Part shown: positions 45,285 to 60,602 of the stretch, piece by piece
How the letters are laid out: each line of letters begins with the position of its first letter
How positions within the stretch are numbered: position 1 is the first letter of the stretch
Origin: the human T2T-CHM13v2.0 reference genome, Homo sapiens
NCBI RefSeq assembly: GCF_009914755.1
Contig: NC_060942.1
Reading direction: 5' to 3' (one strand)
DNA: 64,000 bases
The notes under the pieces: generated by a model
Databases searched by the model: none
What the model was told of the DNA's origin: nothing
The model's input: only the letters and a program-made list of their open reading frames with translations
Made by a program: the position numbers and the translations under genes

Positions 45285-46518
45285 CCATTTTTTTTTTAAC
45301 TGAAGCTATGTCACAATTTTTAAAGTAATTTACAGCATTTGAAAGGAAATTTAAGCTTGGCAACTTAAAAACGAGTTTTATATTTTGCCATTCTGGGTAA
45401 GAAGTTATGTTAGCTTATTATAATTAACATGTAGTAATCTAGAGGTAATAAATTCCCTTTAAGGCTGTTATGGGCATAAAGAAAACATGGAAATGGGAGT
45501 GACAGTGGCAGACAGGTGGCCTTTTACCTTTCCTGGTAATACCAATTAACCCTTTGCATGAACGAAAGTTGAGAATAATACTGATAGGGCAAATACTGAT
45601 ATTAGTATCACTGCATCTAAGACAGTGGCAGCATTAAGATTATGCCATAAAATTTGCTCGTATCCTTTGTAAAATAGATAAAACAAAAATGCAGGCAGCA
45701 GGCAATCATGATGGTAATTATGGAATGTATTCAAATATATTTCTTTTTTTTTTTTAAAAAAAACTTTTACCCCTCTTCTGAAAGCCATTTCTAATAATGT
45801 ACTTTCAAAGTTTCCATTAACGTACTTTCAAAGTTTCTGGTTTACTCCTTTACATATATCTGAGAAATAGACCTGGTGATCTCCGGTTTTCAGGGGAAGT
45901 GGAGACTGCCCAGAGCCATTTAGCACATTAGCAAGTGGCTTGTGATTGCATTTCACGACCTAAATCTTAGACCTGTGACTATAGTGCACGGCCAATTGCT
46001 GTCCACGGTGGGGGGTGGGCGGCAGGGAGGTGGGGCACTTTCATGTTAATGTCTACTTGTGTTGTTACTTCTGGTGTGTTTTGAGTATAACTCTATTTGG
46101 CCAACTTTTAGAAAATCTTTTAATTCCCCTAAAAAAGATACCAGTAGTATCTGGGAAACTCTAAATTGGAGAAGAAACCAGGGATGAAACTCTCCTTGAT
46201 ATGATGCTGGTAAAAGCTTTGCATGAAGTTATTGGCCAACTATATGACTGCTCCCGGGTATTCTTGAATTCACGGAGACAGGCTAGCTGGAGAAGTAAAT
46301 CAAATCTATAGGGTCCAGCATACTATGCAAACCTCAAATTTCTTGGCCCAGAAAAGTCAGTATAAGTACACTGCAATTTTTTTTCTCAAGGACCATTTCA
46401 TTTATAATAAAACAGATACATACTTGTTGATGACAGGGACAAAATACCTTAATGTATGTATGTAATATATATATATGTCACTTATATTTTTCCACTTATG
46501 TTCTTGTACTGTTTCTAG

Positions 46519-46758
<240 letters not shown>

Positions 46759-47377
46759 TAATTTATTACTGAATATGTTTAATATATTCAGTGTACATAC
46801 TGAATATATTTATTGAATTGAAGGTGCTTTTAATTATAATATGAAATATTACCTTATGCACCAGTAGGAAACAAAAAATGCTACCAGTTGAACTATTGCA
46901 AACGTTCATTTAAGACACATTCCAGTTTTAGAAATGTGAAAATGTGAAAAGTGTGTATTTTAGAATTGGTAATATGGTAGTAACTGTTTTTAAAAATGCA
47001 CAATTAAGGAAATCAATAAAAAATGCACAATCACTAGTCTATATCTCTTAAAAATTTTGAATGTAATCAGACATTTGTGCAAAAGAGTAATGCATTTAAT
47101 AGTTATAGTTTGAAATATTTCATAGTTCATTTTAAAGGATTGCACAAAATATAATAAACAACTCAATCTTAAAAAGAAAAATAACCTTGCATCTGTAGGA
47201 GGAAGGAAATACATGATCTCTTTGAAATAATACTTCTTCAATGAATAGCTACTCATTTCAAACAATAAACGTTAAGTTGAAGGAATTAAATTCTCCTTGG
47301 CAAATCATCTCATTCTTTCTGAAGGAATCTCTGCATTTGATGAGGAAAGTGTAGTCTTTGTGCACTTGGGATCTTGA

Positions 47378-47738
<361 letters not shown>

Positions 47739-47821
47739 TGAGAGCTTTTAGTGCCAATGTTGGGTCTTTGGTTTTTCTTCAATATAATATTAAATTTATG
47801 GCCTATGTGAAAATTTTTTAG

Positions 47822-48126
<305 letters not shown>

Positions 48127-49044
48127 TAGACTCCTAAATTACTGGGCTGCTCTCTAGTAAATTATCTCAAATTTTATCTTATCTGGTAGTACAATAATCT
48201 AAACCAACAGTTCAGTTTAGTTAGTTGATACCTAAGAATAGTTTTTAGAGGAAATTACATTTAAATGTCAACAAAATGACAAACTTAAGTACTTTACAAA
48301 CCTCTTAATTAAGATCGGTATCATTTTTTTATGGTTAAATTAACCCAAGTAAAAGCAAGAAGTTTTGGTTTAAAGTGTTTTAAATTGTTTTATTTCCAGG
48401 TTTTTATCAGAGTTGCTATATATATTATATGTGTATATTTATGTATTTCCGATGTAGATCATAAGAACTATGAGGCCAGTGGTTTCATAGATTACAGTGC
48501 CCATAACAGTTAAGTAGCTTTTGTTTATCCTATCAATTCCAGCCTTTTTTTCTTTTTTTATCATCCACCCAAAGCAAAGCTCATCATAAAGTGTTATATG
48601 CTGCTGTATTCACTATTTCCTTTGCCCAATTGTGTTCTTGCTGGGAGAGCTTGCCTTCTTCTAATGTACCTTAATTGTACTGGCGTTTATTTCAGCTATG
48701 ACAAAACCTAGGAGTGATTTGTGCCACTGTGGACAGGAGATGCCTGGGTCTTCGTGAGGATCACAGACTTAGTTTCTTATAAAGCTGTGACCAAAACTCA
48801 GTTTGCCTCTAGTAGAGAGCATTTTCCCACCCTAATGTTTCCCAAATTTACCTGGAATGCCCTTCTAAAAAATACTGGGCCTTCCCTCAGACGTCAGTGA
48901 GCTCCAAGGCAGGGCCTGCGGCAAGCAGGACTTTAAAATGTGTCCTTGTGACCCTTGGGACTACACTGAGACAAGATTAGGACTAAACACCAGCATTTAA
49001 ATGCCTATTTACTTAGTAATTGTTTTCTACATTTAGTTTTCTCC

Positions 49045-49210
49045 TGAAATTATTTGGGGTACTTTAAAATACTACAGATTCCTGGGCCCCACCCTGGATT
49101 TTCCAAGTCAGAGTCTCTGGGTGTGGGACTTGGATATCTATCTGTTGTTGAACAAGTGCCCCAGGTGAAATTGGAACTACTGCCCCGGAGGTGTTTGGGA
49201 ACCACAGACC
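49045..49210. mobile_element. hAT-Charlie MER5A-like fragment
   Basis: cagattcctgggccccaccc...tcagagtctctgggtgtggga...aacaagtgccccaggtga...gtttgggaaccac. Confidence 0.72.
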
Positions 49211-49564
49211 TGGTTTCTTTCCACTGTATTTTTACTGGCTTTAACAAACAAAAATTAAATATTTAAAACAAAATGTTTAAACTGTGCTTAAAATTATATT
49301 TGATATTTTTCTTTGTCCTCCTACCCAAATTCTTTTGAGCCTTTTCTGTAAGGAAACAAAACGTCTTTTTAGAGTTTCACAAGGGAAGAAGCCTTTTAGT
49401 TGTTTTTTTTTTTGCAGACTCATGGTAAAGAATGTTTCTAGGCTTTATAAAGGTGGACTCCATGCTATGGTGTTGTGTTTTACAGGCAGGTTAGATGTAA
49501 CTGAGGATTGAAAGTGGTAAATAGAACATGTTTCTTGGGAAATGAAAAGATTATTTAATAATAA

Positions 49565-49963
<399 letters not shown>

Positions 49964-52241
49964 TAGCTGAAATGAGGACTGCTGCCAGCTCCAAGTCACT
50001 TTTGTTGGTGGTACAGTCCAGCTTAAATGTGGCAAAAAGACTAATTTGAATGATAAATTGCACTGAGGTCGATATATACCCAACAATGGGCTTCGGGGAC
50101 TTGGAACCATTGTGGGTGGAGTCTTGTGATTTTGTGACGTAAAATTTCAAAATTTGCTATTAGCAAGTCCTATCGGTTGCTGTCCAGCGAAAGGAGTGAA
50201 AAGCCAGTGAAAAGGGCCATGGTCTGGCTAGAAGAAGGGCCTTGGGAGTTCCATCTCTGGTCCTAGGCTTATTGTCCCAGGAACTCTCACCAGGGACAGA
50301 GCAGATGGAGGTGGCTTGCTGGTCAATGCCCTTCAGAGGAAAGATCAGTTCCCCACCAGAGGCCAGGAGGCAAAGCAACAAGGATGTTAAGGATGGGGTT
50401 GGAGAGTACTAGTTTCACACCAGGTCTTCAGCTGCAAGCTTCCATCCCTGCGGTAGTCTAGGCAGCCTCCACGGGGACTGAGAAGCTGGGAGTGGCTGGT
50501 GTGAGCTGCAGCCAGGGGGCATCTCTCCGAGCTCTCCAGCCTCTGGGCTGCGCAGCAGAAACACTGACTGCCATTACCAGGGCAGGGGGTAGGGTTGCTG
50601 GCCTGCCTACCAACCTCCCCAGTTCCCCAGGGACTGACTCTTGGCCTTGTTCCGAGGGCACACACGGCTGGTGCCTGGGCTTGCAGGGTTTTATTTCATG
50701 GATGTCTCCAAAAGCCTCTACCTGCTGTGGCCATTGTGGGGAAACAGCTACTCGTCTGCTGGCTGCCTTTGGAAGCTGTCCCCCTGTAAGAATACCTGTA
50801 GTAGGCTTGAGTGGTGTCCCCAGGTTGTTTTCATGGTGTGCCTGCGTATAACTGTGGATCCCTTCGCACTTTTTGATGTCCTCTCTGGGTGGGCTGAGCC
50901 TTCATGTGTATGGCATGGCCCATGTGGCTGCCGAGTAGCTGTGAAGAGTCTGCTGGAGGAGCCATCTGTGAGCAGCTGGTAGAAGCATTTCTAAAAGGTG
51001 CCTGTGTTGACAAAGGTGTGTCATTTTCCCATTTTGGTCACAGTGCATAATGTTAGAGGGCAGCTGGCTTTGTGACTGATTGCCTGTAGGATTTTGTGAA
51101 ATGCTGTGGGTGAAGAAAATATCAGATCCACATAGCAAGGTTGTATCTGGTGTTTACAAAGTATATGTATTACATACACAGCACCGAGGTTGGCTTGGAG
51201 TTTAAGCCTCCTAAGGTAATGCGTCCACCCCACGGATCTCCAGTGCTCCCTGTGACTGACTGGTAGAAATTAGTAGTGCAGGGTGACCCTCGTTTGATGG
51301 GGCCACGGAACTACAAAGCAAAGGGCGATCTTAGGCACCCTCCCAGCAGAAGGTGGAACTGGGGGCCACATATCCCTCCATTTAGAGATGTAAGTAGCAG
51401 TATCACTGCCTTTCTTTAATGACTGTGAGTTATAGCAAGGAAGTAAAAAACTGTTCCAGAGGCCCACATGAAACATGCTGTTTACTTTAATTCCCCACTG
51501 AAAAATCAGTTGTAGGAGATCACCGGTAGGCATTCCCAGCAGGCTTATTGTAAGTCCTGGGACATGACAGGAACAGGGTTCTGACCTGCCTTTCACGTGG
51601 CCATTTAAGTGATGGCACCAGGACCTTAGCATGACACAGAGTCCTGAGCTCTCTTGGCCAGGACGAAAGGAGCCACAGGAGCTGAGTATTGTGGAAGGGG
51701 TCTATCGTGGTTGTCTGCTTCTGGGAGAGGGGGCTCCAGGGCTCCCCTCCCCTAGCAGGAATGAAGGTGTGGGCATAATTCCTAGTGCACGGCATTCTTC
51801 CAGGATAAGTTGTCCTAATGCCACGAAAATTTTTGTGCTGCTCTGAAGCCTCATGTCTTAGCTTTATATACTTGTTAATCTGTGCCTTCATGAGACCTGT
51901 GTCTGGGCAAAAAGGAGACATTCCTTCAGATAAGAGTCAGCAAGTCGATGACCTTGCCACCTTATGACTCAGTTTCTCTTGGTTATAGGCTGTGCATGTG
52001 CTGGAGGCACAGGGAGGGCAGTGTGTTTCTGTCTGAAATCAGGAGGACTCACGGTCATACAGCCCTGCTTAAAATATTGCCTATTTTTTTCTTTTGAAAT
52101 TATTTTTGTTTATTAAAAATGTATGTTAAACTTAAATTTTTGATAAATGGTTGCTTTCTGTGGCAAAAATAGTCTTTCTTTCTGGCTAAGAATTTTCTTA
52201 TCCATGCAGATTTACTAAAAAATGTATATTTAGTTGATCTA

Positions 52242-52577
<336 letters not shown>

Positions 52578-53018
52578 TTATTCTCTATGGATTGTAAGAA
52601 TACTAAAATCTTTTTTTTCTTGAATTCCGTTTATTGACTGAATTGTATTTTATAGTTTTTTTTGGTTGTTATTTAGGAGAGAAACATGGTAATGTTCTGT
52701 TTCTGCAATAAGATTTAATAAGTAGTCCACAAATGGTCCTACTCCTCCTATTTCTCCTCCTATAACTCAAAATTTGTAAAACTGGAGGATACTTTATAGC
52801 TCAATCCCCAAATTTTATAGATAAAAAGTTTTTTTCTTAATTTCTTTTGTAATAGGAGGGATTAACTTGGAGATGAAATTAGCAATAATATCTGAAAATG
52901 GCAGCTACAGAAAAAAAGAAAAAAAAATTAGCAATAAGACAATGTCTGAGAACAAGGAGTCACTGAACATATTTTGCCTGCCTAAAAATAGTTTCTATAA
53001 ATAATTACTTTAAAAATT

Positions 53019-53140
53019 AGGCCAGGTGCAGTGGCTCACGCCTGTAATCCCAGTTCTTTGGGAGACTGAGGCTGGAGGATCACTTGAGACTAGGAGTTTG
53101 AGATCAGCCTGGGCAACATAGCAAGATTTCTGTCTCTATT
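53019..53140 (+). mobile_element. Alu monomer (FLAM_C-like)
   Basis: Left monomer only. Confidence 0.82.
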
Positions 53141-56094
53141 TCTAGTTTAAAAAAAAAATGAAAAAAAAGTAAACCCTATTTAAGTTAATATTAAAACTAC
53201 CAATATAATATTGAAATCATCATTAAACATAAAGTGTTGAAGTTAAATGGAGAGAGAAATATATATGACCAGCCCTTGCTTTACTGGTCTTTGTTCCATT
53301 TGAGTAAAACAAAGTGCCACATCTGGAATTGTTTAAAACATGGAGGTGGTAGGGGTGGGTAGAGAGAGACAGGTATAGATGTAGATCTTACTACTGGTCA
53401 GATTTGGACGTGCTTTAAAGGAGTGATAACTAGAGTTGGAGATGGCTCCGCAGAGTAGAGGAAATTAAAATTAGTTAGGATTTTTGCAGGGGAAAAATTG
53501 GGATAGAGGTATCCAGGAAAGAAGAAGGCATAGGAATCTTTGGAGCTGAAGGGAAATAGTTAGTTCATTGTGACTGGAGTGTAGGGGGTAAGAAGCCAAA
53601 GGCAGGAAGTGAGGCTGGTAGAACGGGTGGAAAGTAGATACTTGAAAATATTTCAAATCAACGATGGACTTTATTTAAATCCTGCTTCGGTGACAAATGT
53701 GTTTTCTGTCTGTACACTGGAGTCCAACAATTAGGACCTTCTTACTGGAGCGTTCTGTATTTTGATAATTGATGTAAACAAATGTAGCATGCTCCTGCTT
53801 GTCAAGTTTACAAGCAGAGTTTCCTCCTCACAATTAGGGAGGAAAAACATCTGCCAGCTGATTCTATGCGCTGACCTTCTTTAGGCCTGTACTGTAATTT
53901 CTCTGCCTCCAGGGATCCTGGGGGCAGGATGGTTGGAGTGGCTGCCTGGCTACCTCTTCTAATGGAAACATATTAGACATGGTGTATTAGGGATAGGAAA
54001 TGTGTTTCCTCACCTTTGTGGGGCATTGCTGGTGATATATAACTTCCACAAAGAGAGGTGGACAATAGGCTGAGAGATAGAGACTTAGGTTCCTCGCCAG
54101 CTGCATCTGGGCCTGGATGGGTGGGCCTTAACCACTCTTTTGGTCTGTTTCTTGCTAGTAAATAGGCGTCATCGTTCCCGTCCCCTGTGTGCTTCTGGGA
54201 CACTGTGTGCTTAGCTAGACCTATTTCCCTACTGTAGTCACTCCTGAGCTGCGTGGTCGTTTGAAGGAGTTAAGCACCCATAAGTGCTTGTGGCCAACAG
54301 CAGTGATCTAGAGACTGACTCAAGTTAAGATTATTTGATGTGCTCTATAAGGCCTCTGAAGAAAGCTTAGGCAGGTAAATATTTTAAATTGTTTTCATGG
54401 ATTTTATTTCATATATAATATTTGCATCCTGTGGTGGAAATAGAAAAACACCTTAGTAGGTCCTGTAGCTTACTATGCATTTTCCAGTGCAGGGGGGTTC
54501 TTTATTAGCAGATTTACACTCCACTGTCTTTTTCTTCAAGTAATGGAATTTTTTTTTGATTTACTGTGCACTATGGTTGGTCACAAAATTATAGTTCCTG
54601 TGAAAGAGCTGAAAGGAACATTTGTGAAGGACTTATGCTGTGCTTATACTGTTAAGTTGCTCAGAGGAAAGTATGAAGGCGAGCTCTGATGCAAGAGCCT
54701 GCTGGGGCTGGAGCAGAAAATTAGTGCTTCATTTTTAACTTGAATATGCCACAGAGCTTCTAGAGGACTCGAGAGCCAAACAGTGGTGGATTGGTCTTCG
54801 ATTTTCTCATAGTGATCTTGCTTTGAGGAAGTTTTTCCCTTTCCTAATACTCACTCACTTATAAGATAGTGAACATAGGGAGGCAGGAAATTAGTTTCTA
54901 TCAGGTACCTTTTATGTGCCAGGTGTTTTAGATACATTTTATTTTTTACTCCTCCTTCTAAGTGAGATGCAGAAGGTAAAGAACAGTTCCAAGGTCACGT
55001 GTCAAATTGAGACGCGTGGTTTCACGTTGGCCGCAGGTCTGGCTGATGCGGTCAGTGTTGTTGCCACTACAGCGTGTTAGATTAATATGCGATATTAGTT
55101 CATTTCTTTGAAATCTTCAGAGAGAAGAAAGAATGTTTTCTTAAAGAAATTGGACTAGTTTGATTAATAATTTTAGCATCACATATCCTCCCACTGAAAC
55201 AGGTGGGAAAACTGTGAGAAGTTATTTGCTCTTGACCAAGAATGTATTTAAGACAGTTAATGCAAATTTTCTTATCAATGTTATACTTAGAAATCAAATG
55301 TGTAATGGTACTAAGAATATGGCAGTTGGGTAACATTAAGTTAAAAAAAAAGTAGTAAAAATTACTTTTGTTGACATACCTAATGTGGTTATAACAAGGT
55401 TCTTTTAAGAGAAACACAAGATTGCCATACTGAAATCCTTCTAATGCTGCGATTTAAATCCATACACAAACAAATGCTGTTTTGGAACTTTTCAGAATGT
55501 TAAAATTGTCTTCAATGAATGTTTATGAAGAAATTACTGAAAAAGCATTTCTTAATAGTGAAGTGCCTGTTTTTTTTTTCAGTCTATCGTCCAAAACACT
55601 CTTTTCTAAATGAGTAGCAAAGGGGTTAAAAAATCATTAATCTCCCAAAGGGTCTGTGAGAGAGTTATGTGGTTAGGTATTATTATTGCCTCATTTATAA
55701 ACCAAGATCCGGAGTGACTCCTTAAGGTCACAAAACAAGCCAGTATTGAAGCCGGGACTGGAACCGACGTCTCCTGCCTCCCAGTCCAGGGCTGTTACCA
55801 CTCCCAGGGAGTTGACCAATCATCACAGTTATTAATATCCCACTTGCCACATGCTACAAGCCATGAACATAAATATTTTGTTGGCATTTTATCTTCATGC
55901 TCCCTATGTGCCAGGCTCCCTTTCTTTCTATGTTCACAGCCCCTTCTAATAACTCACGTTCTTGTCTGACCACATTGGCCTTTGCGTGAAAGTCACACGT
56001 CACCCCGGCAGGGAATGTTCAAGCATGCGGATTTGCATACTTTCATTCTGATCTCAAGGCTTTTTCTAGACTTCCTTTTTTTTTTTTTTTAAAT

Positions 56095-56098
<4 letters not shown>

Positions 56099-56138
<40 letters not shown>
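56099..56138. repeat. (TG)20 microsatellite
   Basis: Perfect dinucleotide run. Confidence 0.97.
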
Positions 56139-56139
<1 letters not shown>

Positions 56140-59100
56140 CAGGGAGGATGGTAAGAAGTAGTTTAAAAATGCATTGTGTGCTACATCAATATCCAATGGC
56201 TTTGTACATTAGGAAACAGTAAAGCTTTAAATAGTTTGTAACATATGTCCACATAATTTATCACAGAATTGTGGTTTATTTAATAAGTGACTCATTATCA
56301 CTATCTGATAGCCAGAATACTGGATAAAGAATAAGTGTGGGCAGAAGTTATTCACCATTTCTTATAGCCTCATCCCAGAATACAGCTCTTCTTTGCAAAT
56401 TACAGATTCTTTGCAGTTTTCTCCCACCCGCCCCCCCAACGCCTCTATAAGAATATACAAAATTGTCAGAAAACATGAAATAATGTTACGGGAAAACATG
56501 GCCAAATTTAAGAAATCTGGCTTAGATTGCTCTGAAAGGTTATTGCTAAATGAATCTTCGAAGAAAACGAATTCCTTTACTGGAACAAAAGTAATTTATT
56601 ATGCATTTCATGGGTGTCTGCCAGAAGAGTTACTAGCAGTATGAAGATCCAGTGGATATGAATTAAGTACAATCTGTTAGTTCTGTTCATGTTTAGACCT
56701 ACCTGTTAATTTTCTCTGAAATTTTAATAATTTAAAAAAGCATCTCCATAGACAGGTGTTGGCAATGTGACAATTCACCACTCAGCTACCCATCACATCA
56801 GGCTTTTTTAAAGGCCCAGTACTCAGAATTTGTGAGACTGAGCACAAAGACATTATTTTATTGACCTCATATTTTAAGAATGATTTGGACAAATACATAA
56901 CTAGGCATTGATTCTAATGTCCTGTTGGGGTCTTACGAGTAAACGGTTCCAAGTCAACATCTGACGATGCTTAAATCATGATCCGACTTGATGGTGTGCT
57001 GCCTGTTTTGGTTGTTGGCCTGGCACGGTTTCACCAGAGCTGGGCCACATGCTGCAGAACCATATTTTTATTTTATTAAACACAAGTATTTTACATTTAA
57101 AGCTCTCATTAAATTTAGTTGCTTGATTCGTGGTGAAGCCTGAATATGGTCAAAAGTTTATTCTGGGGGTTCACGGATTAGCAGCTGGGAGGAAACAGAT
57201 TCCAGCAGCCAGGCGCTAGCTCCAGCTCTGTCTGTGTGAGTATAGCAAGCTGCCAAGGTTCTGTAAAGCCTCTGTTTTCCTCCTTCTACTAAAGGGGAAA
57301 AGTAATTCCTACCATCTGGTCCTTAGGAGTATTGTGTAGAGTGAGTGGGAGATGCCTGGAGACCTCTTTGAAGTTTAAGAAGAATAGCACTACTTAAATA
57401 CGGGTCTTGGAAGTTAATAGTAATCAGCTTTATTTGCGTGGCATTTTTTTTCATCCCAAGATATTAGAATAAGATCCTCACTTTCTTAATGGGGAAATTT
57501 AGAGACGTAGAGTTATTGTGTTAAGAAAGTAACCACATTTTAGAGATTTGTATTTCACTGATAGCAAATTTTTTATTCCTTCTGATACTTAGTACTTTCC
57601 TAATGCTTTTTGTGGTTTAAGTGCATTGTAAATGCTTCTTGGTATGTTTTCTGTAATTAAGATGGAGAGATTAAGATGCTCATCCATCTCCTGAAAAGTC
57701 AGTTTTGTTATAAAAATTAAGATCATAATTCACCAGGTTTTAAATCTTGCCTCAGGATTCTGTCCCACTTAATTTGAAGATTAGAATAGTGTAATTCATT
57801 CTGATTCATTTAGAAGATAAGCTTTTTCTTTAGGGTCCTCATTGACTTCAAGTTGTGGGACAAACCCTCTCCCTTGCAATTTATATTTGTACATGAGTAT
57901 TTTGGTGATAATCCCAGAGTACTTATAAAGTTTGGCGCCTTTCTTCACCACAACATGCTTGCTGTTGAGTGTGCACAGATACATAAAGCAATTTGCTCTT
58001 TTGTCCAGAATAGATTATGTGCATAGAATTGCTTTCGTCTTCTTGAAAAGGGCAGCATCCCTTGGTGTGGCTATAACCTTGCCTACTCAGGCCTAGAAGG
58101 GGCGAGAGGGGTATGGGTTGGGGCAGAGTGGGGGAGCAGCCGGTGAAATTTCCAGTAAGGAATTTGTTTGCCGAATTAAATATACAAAACTATTCTGCTG
58201 AATAGTTAGGTCATCAGTTGAGGTGACGGTGACTCTCTCTCTAGAGAAAAGGTGTCCATGTTCCTTTGTTTTATTAAGCTGTTAAGAATTCGAGAGTTTC
58301 ATTGTGATTGGTTTTCACATGTCCTGGTGGAGACAGAATTTGTGTGTGTTCATGTGTCTTTCATGTGTCACCTTCTAAACTATTACTGTCACTTTGTATC
58401 TGGTCCTCTGTTACCTCCAGCCAAACTGAAATGATCGTAGTTTATATAGTGGAAGTTACGATTTGCAGGAAAGCATTTCCCCTTTGTTGGAATTTATACA
58501 AAGTTTTTAATTCCTCTTTGGAGGAAGGCAGCTATAAAGCACCACAGGAGTCTAACCTAGAGGTTACAAAAGCAGAGAAGAGCTTTGGCAGTGAGGGACG
58601 GCTGGCTTCCCCTCACACAAGAAAAAGCCGTAAGCACAGTCTCACTCAGATGTGTAGGAAGGACGGATCAGAGGCTGGGGGAGCCGACAGTCTGCCTTGC
58701 AGTGAAGGAGGCATGTGATCACCATCAAAGTCTTCTGCTCTGGGAAGGATCACACAGTCGTCCTTCAGCCTGCCTGGGGCGCAGTGTTTTCTTTCCTCAG
58801 ACCGAAACTGCATGAAGAGAGATTCCAGCAAGGAAGATAGAGCATGCCCCGTACACTCCTCTCTGGTTTTCTTCCTCAAAGGAAATTTATGCATGTAATC
58901 CACAAGCCGAAGAACCCATGTTTTTCTTTGGAAAAGGCTACGCCCTTTCAGGGTTTCCTTTTCTCGGCTGTGTTGCCTTCCCATCAGAAGCTGTCTCTTG
59001 CCCTCCCCATTATGGGATGTGCGAAATGAAGGAAAACAGAGACACTGCTGGGCATTTGTCTCCATGAGTTGATCCAATCAGAAATCTTTGACTTTTCAGA

Positions 59101-59743
59101 TATGTGTCCAAAAATGAGTGAAGGCTCCTCACAGGAAAAAAAAAAAAAAATTCTAGGTGATCTAAAGATGAACTGTGGCTACTTCTCAGGCTAGCGGATA
59201 TTTTCCATGTCCCAATCTGTAGCAGCCCAAGCTCTCCCTGAAGTCATTTACTCCTTTAAGAGGGAGTTTTCCAGCCCAGCTGCTCTGCCTGTCTCCCACC
59301 TAACCCGGCCAGCTTTCAGTGCTAAGCCCAGGCTGGGTCTGGCCCTGATAACACATTCTTTCAACAGGAAGTGCCTCCATTTTCAGTTGTCTGTGGGAGG
59401 GTGGAGGGCAGATAAGCCTTGAATGGAAACACAGAGCCGATTTCTGCTCCACCCTCCTTGCACTTTGATCAGGGAGAGAGCAGGGACCTCCGCCTGGCCT
59501 GTGCTGCCTGCCGAAAGGAGGGAGGATGGTTGAGCTGTGGGCATTCCGGAGCTCTCCCTCCCTTTTGTTCAGGAACGTTTGTTTAGGTTGGTCTAGGTTA
59601 GTGAAGTGCCTGCTTTTGCAGGGTTGTGATGTCTGCGATCTGAACTAAAGTCCTTTGAAGGGTTGAATTATTTGTGGGAAAATATATCAACCAATTGAAA
59701 TTTATACGTGTGTTTGTATGTGTGTGTATTAGGTCCAGGATCA

Positions 59744-60280
<537 letters not shown>

Positions 60281-60522
60281 TTAACTTGTATAGAACTGTG
60301 AGATTCACATGTGCGTGGCTGGCCAGGCCCTGGCCTGTGCCAGGTGGCAGGGAGATGATTTCAGGGGCGGATGGGGGCCCTTCTGACCCGCCCTCCTGTT
60401 AGTGCCTCGACTCTGGTTCCCTCCTATTTTTTCAAGCCACTTTCTGATCCCATGAAGGTTGGCTTGTCCCTCAAGTGCCTTGTGTTTCTGGTACTCATGT
60501 CTTCTATTCATCCCCAAAGTTA

Positions 60523-60602
60523 TTAGGTTGGTGCAAAAGTAATTGTGGGTTTTGTCATTACTTTCAATGCCAAAAACTGCAATTACTTTGGCAACAACCT
60601 AA
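60523..60602. mobile_element. MADE1 (Hsmar1-derived MITE), 80 bp
   Basis: ttaggttggtgcaaaagtaattg...caattactttggcaacaacctaa palindrome; TA at 60521-60522. Confidence 0.93.

Noticed and set aside
50350-50370. CTCF-like word ccaccagaggcc
   Set aside because: Imperfect core; cannot be called without PWM scoring or ChIP data
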